A stretch of DNA of 63,950 nt, filler included, from Dirinaria sp. TL-2023a (taxonomy: Eukaryota), in NCBI GenBank assembly GCA_051941275.1. It is 4 parts of 4 records of this genome, joined end to end, with 100 filler letters (N's around TTAATTAATTAA, not from the genome) between each part and the next. Parts side by side here need not be neighbours in the genome. Positions count along the whole stretch, not along the records: positions 48,907 to 63,950 come from JAVEBF010000564.1; 3 more parts are not named here. The stretch is one strand, 5' to 3'. Of the stretch, positions 60,709 through 63,950 are shown piece after piece. The translations under genes were made by a program, and so were the position numbers. Position 1 is the first letter of the stretch. Every line of letters begins with the position of its first letter. The notes under the pieces are model-generated. The model searched no databases, had not been told where the DNA came from, and saw only the letters and a list, made by a program, of their open reading frames with translations.

Positions 60709-62093
60709 ATGTATTCCTCTCTTTCTACTGCGTTAGTCTCTGCCGTGGTAATCTTTTCAGTCATCTCATCTGTCGCGGTCGGTCTCCGATTTAAAGCGCG
60801 ACTCAGTGCAGCCGTTGGAGTAGCCACCGACGACTTTGTGATACTGACCGCATTGGTATGGCACAGTCTATGCTCTTAGCCTTAGTTTTGGAGAGCTGTT
60901 GGCTGTTGTACTGACATCCAAAGAGCTGATACAGTATGCTGCCGTTGCCATCTCGATCTATGGTGCTGTAGCGGGGGGAGAAGGGGATTCAAAGCGAAAC
61001 CTTGCGGACCATCCATCCGAAGTAGTAAGGAACGCATAAGTATGGATTGAACATCCACTTGGAATCTCCCTGCTAAATGCCCATTAGCTCCTTTTCATCG
61101 AGCCTTTCTTATTTTCTATTTTCTACGACTGTTGCCTTGATTAAGTTATTGACCTTGATTTTGTATATGCGAATTTTTGTTAAGAAGAATTTCCGCTTTG
61201 CATGCTACATTATGATGGCCGTTGTTGCAGAATGTTATGTAGCCGCGATAATAGTAAGTTCGCTGCAAGCTATCTGAGCGAGCTTTGTCTAAGGTATGGG
61301 ATCCAGCCTCAAATCTTCTCGAGTAGGCCGATTTCACGAGCTTGGACCATGCCTGGCTACGGTCGTAGATTCGATTATGCCGCTTATTTACTAGCATTGG
61401 CTGCTATCAATACAGTCATGGACGTTGCCATTGTTTTTATGCCCTTATTCGTAATCAGGGCATTGCAAATGTCCCGAAGTCGCAAAGCTTCCGTGTCTGG
61501 AATCTTCTTGCTAGGTCTATTGTAAGTTTTACTAGGTAATCTCGTGCTTCGTAAAATCACTAACTTCAATGTTCATGTAGCTGCATCATTGCGTCCGCGG
61601 TCCGTCTCCATTATTGTGTAGAATTGAAGGACACGCCAACAAATACAAGTAAGCTTGCTGCGTTCTCCAAGCCAAAGAAAAGATATTTTGCGCTGATGAA
61701 GATCTAGATGTGATTACAGAAGATACGATGTGGTCTTTTATTGAGCTATCAATGTCGATCATAGCTGCTTGTCTCCTAACTCTTGCGCCTCTTTTTAGGG
61801 GTGGGCGCGATGCGTCTTCGCTGATTCGAAGCGTCAAGTCTGTGCTCTCGATTTCGTGCACTCTTTCCTTTTCCAAAAAGAGCAAAAGAGGGACTGCTAG
61901 CAACACTAATCCAGCAGGTCAGGATAATCAAGGTGCAAAGCATGCATGGCTACAAATGAGTTCAAAGCTGGGCCGTAGCGATACCATTGGCTACCAGTGT
62001 GACGTTCAGTTGGACGAAAGCCGGACTGCTGGACAGCAACTGCACGGCATAGTAGTTCAGAAGAGCCTGCAATCTGTATCCGACTCAGTTTGA
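60709..62093 (+). pseudogene. PTH11-like/rhodopsin-domain integral membrane protein gene with disabling lesions
   Basis: VAVGLRFKAR..DD..I, LIKL..L.LY.RIF, D..IV.MP..I..LQMS..RK..V..IFLLG, CIIASAVRL and WS.IE..MSIIAACL across 6 exons. In-frame TAA at 61037-61039 and a 7-bp duplication TATTTTC (61110-61123) that shifts the frame. Confidence 0.8.
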
Positions 62094-63950
62094 TAGTAAT
62101 CAGGGTACTGATGAGGAGATTCTTCCTGTGCTGCTTACAGAAAGTTGGCACCAGATTGTTAACGGTCTTTCTCTTCCCTCTGCATTAAATTTACATGAAA
62201 CCTTCCTTGCTAATTAGGGGAATCCAAGAGGGGAGGCTACACTTACTTTTAATAGGCAATGTCATTCCAAGGATGTATCGAAGACTTGCTTTCTCCACTT
62301 TACATATTTACACAGAACTCTTAAACACCTATACAATATTATAGCTACGCTTTATGATCCAACTGCCTTGATCAATTAACAACTTAATTGGTCTTTGATC
62401 GAATTCGCTTAACTTCGTCTCAGCTCCTCGCTCGAGCTTATGCACTATCGGTCGATGACTAAACGATTGACAGCCTGACGTCCGCCCTGTACTCCCTTGA
62501 TCTTCTGCTTCGCCTCCTTCTTTTGCTGACTAGACGCTGCTCGGCGAGCCGGTCAAGATTCAGCCAATGACGTAGCCTTCGCGATAGCTATAGTTGAGTG
62601 GATGGGCGAGCAGAAGTATGCTTTCGACATGCAATATCGAATGCGATATTCAGGTAATCGAGGAAACCAGGCAATGCACTAAATTCTCTATTTCTCCCTT
62701 AAGATGGCCACTGAACATCCGTTAAATGTATCAGAAAGACCCATGCAATCTCGTTTTGATTATGCGACCATATAGAATGTCACAAGGCCCATCGTACCGA
62801 TGTCAGCTGACTGCATATACCGCAGTCTGACATACATATGCGCACACGAGGTGGGCCTTGACATTTAGATCCATTCTCCTAGCCAAATTAGTAGAGGCTC
62901 CGCGATCTAGAGACGCTCAGCGGAGTAATATTGGACGGTATCGCCCCGTCGGTTGCATCCCCCAATTTATCGCTTCGCCCGAGGCGCTCGCTGTTGCCGG
63001 CCGCAAAGCTTTGCAAGAAAGCTTCTTCCATTGATCCCTTTAGCTTGCGAATACTTGCTTACTCCCCACAAAGGATTCGACACTTCAAATTTTTATAGGA
63101 AGTCGCTGCTTTGAAGCCTTAGATTACTGTTCTAACGTCCCTCCCAATTTGCCGTAGATCGATTTACCCCGTTGCCACCGCGGGTTTACTCTACCCAAAA
63201 AGCGGTAGATAATACCGTTTACGATCTCAACTTCGAACAGAACGTCTATATGGTGAAATATATCTACGGTACGTGGACTCTTCTTTACTATTAAGATGCC
63301 AACCTCCGTTTGATATTGACTTTTTTGCAAGCTTTGGCAGTGACAGAGTTCAGGGACTTTGTGCTCGAAGAACACAAATTGACGGCTCTATTGCAGTTGC
63401 TCTGCCATTTTTTCTCTCTTCATTCGGATCCAATAGGAGAGGAGATGTGAAAAAAGTAATACAGGGTATCTATCCCAGCAACTGTCCTTTCTCTATTTGG
63501 CTATCAGCTCCTTGTCTGTAACACAATCAGCTTACAGCCTCCCCCCCAAAACCCATATGAACCCGTTGTGGGTCCCTTACAAATCCGATACGAGGCACTC
63601 TGTAGTGACATGAATCGTGGAATTGTTTCCTAATTCTATGCTAGGGATCGTATCGATTCCACGATTCTTACCACAGAGACAAGGCAACCAACCCACCTCC
63701 AGCTGTCACCCAAAACTCAGCCTACTCTTCCGCTCCGTATTCGCGTGGCCTCGTTTAAATTCTCCAAAGACTATTAGATCAGTGCATGCTCCTTTCTTTT
63801 ATATAAAACCCCCATCACACTCTCGCACTTTCCTCTCACTACCCAAAAAAAAACCATCTTTTCCTCCTTCTTTCCCTGAACCAAACAAGAATCCACCAAT
63901 TCCCCCCTCATAACCAAAATCCACCACTCATATATCCGACCATGAAACTC

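Noticed and set aside
1..63950. tRNA, 5S rRNA, transposase, reverse transcriptase or tyrosine-recombinase (Starship captain) genes
   Set aside because: None recognised by eye. tRNAscan-SE, Infernal and HMM searches would be needed to exclude degenerate copies.

Overview
This is eukaryotic DNA from a filamentous ascomycete. It has short GT-AG introns with CTAAC/CTGAC branch sites, and the gene families suggest, but do not prove, a lichen-forming Lecanoromycete. The window is four unlinked contigs of about 16 kb joined by artificial 100-nt N/TTAATTAATTAA/N spacers (16222-16321, 32520-32619, 48807-48906). Intact genes: a patatin-like phospholipase with a C-terminal C2H2-like motif, a secreted two-repeat Cys protein, a GH16 Crh-type transglycosylase with a TM tail, a small single-TM protein, an HNH-domain protein, GABA transaminase (gatA/UGA1), SET2, an AT-hook protein, a multi-TM conserved hypothetical, another conserved hypothetical, NOB1 and NOP10 (missed by the ORF track). 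Decayed genes include kinase-like, catalase 3' fragment, ankyrin, flavin monooxygenase and PTH11-like relics. The most unusual feature is a non-coding repeat family with a conserved ~125-nt core (GAGCTAA...TTCAC...TTGTAAAC...GGGTAG...AGTC...CTGTTAGCG...GATGGGA) and more variable linkers. It forms tandem arrays on two different contigs: 23001-23480, about 1.1 kb downstream of the HNH gene, and 57068-57942. The second array sits exactly between two codons of a monooxygenase gene, which points to a mobile element. The core shows conserved base-pairing potential.
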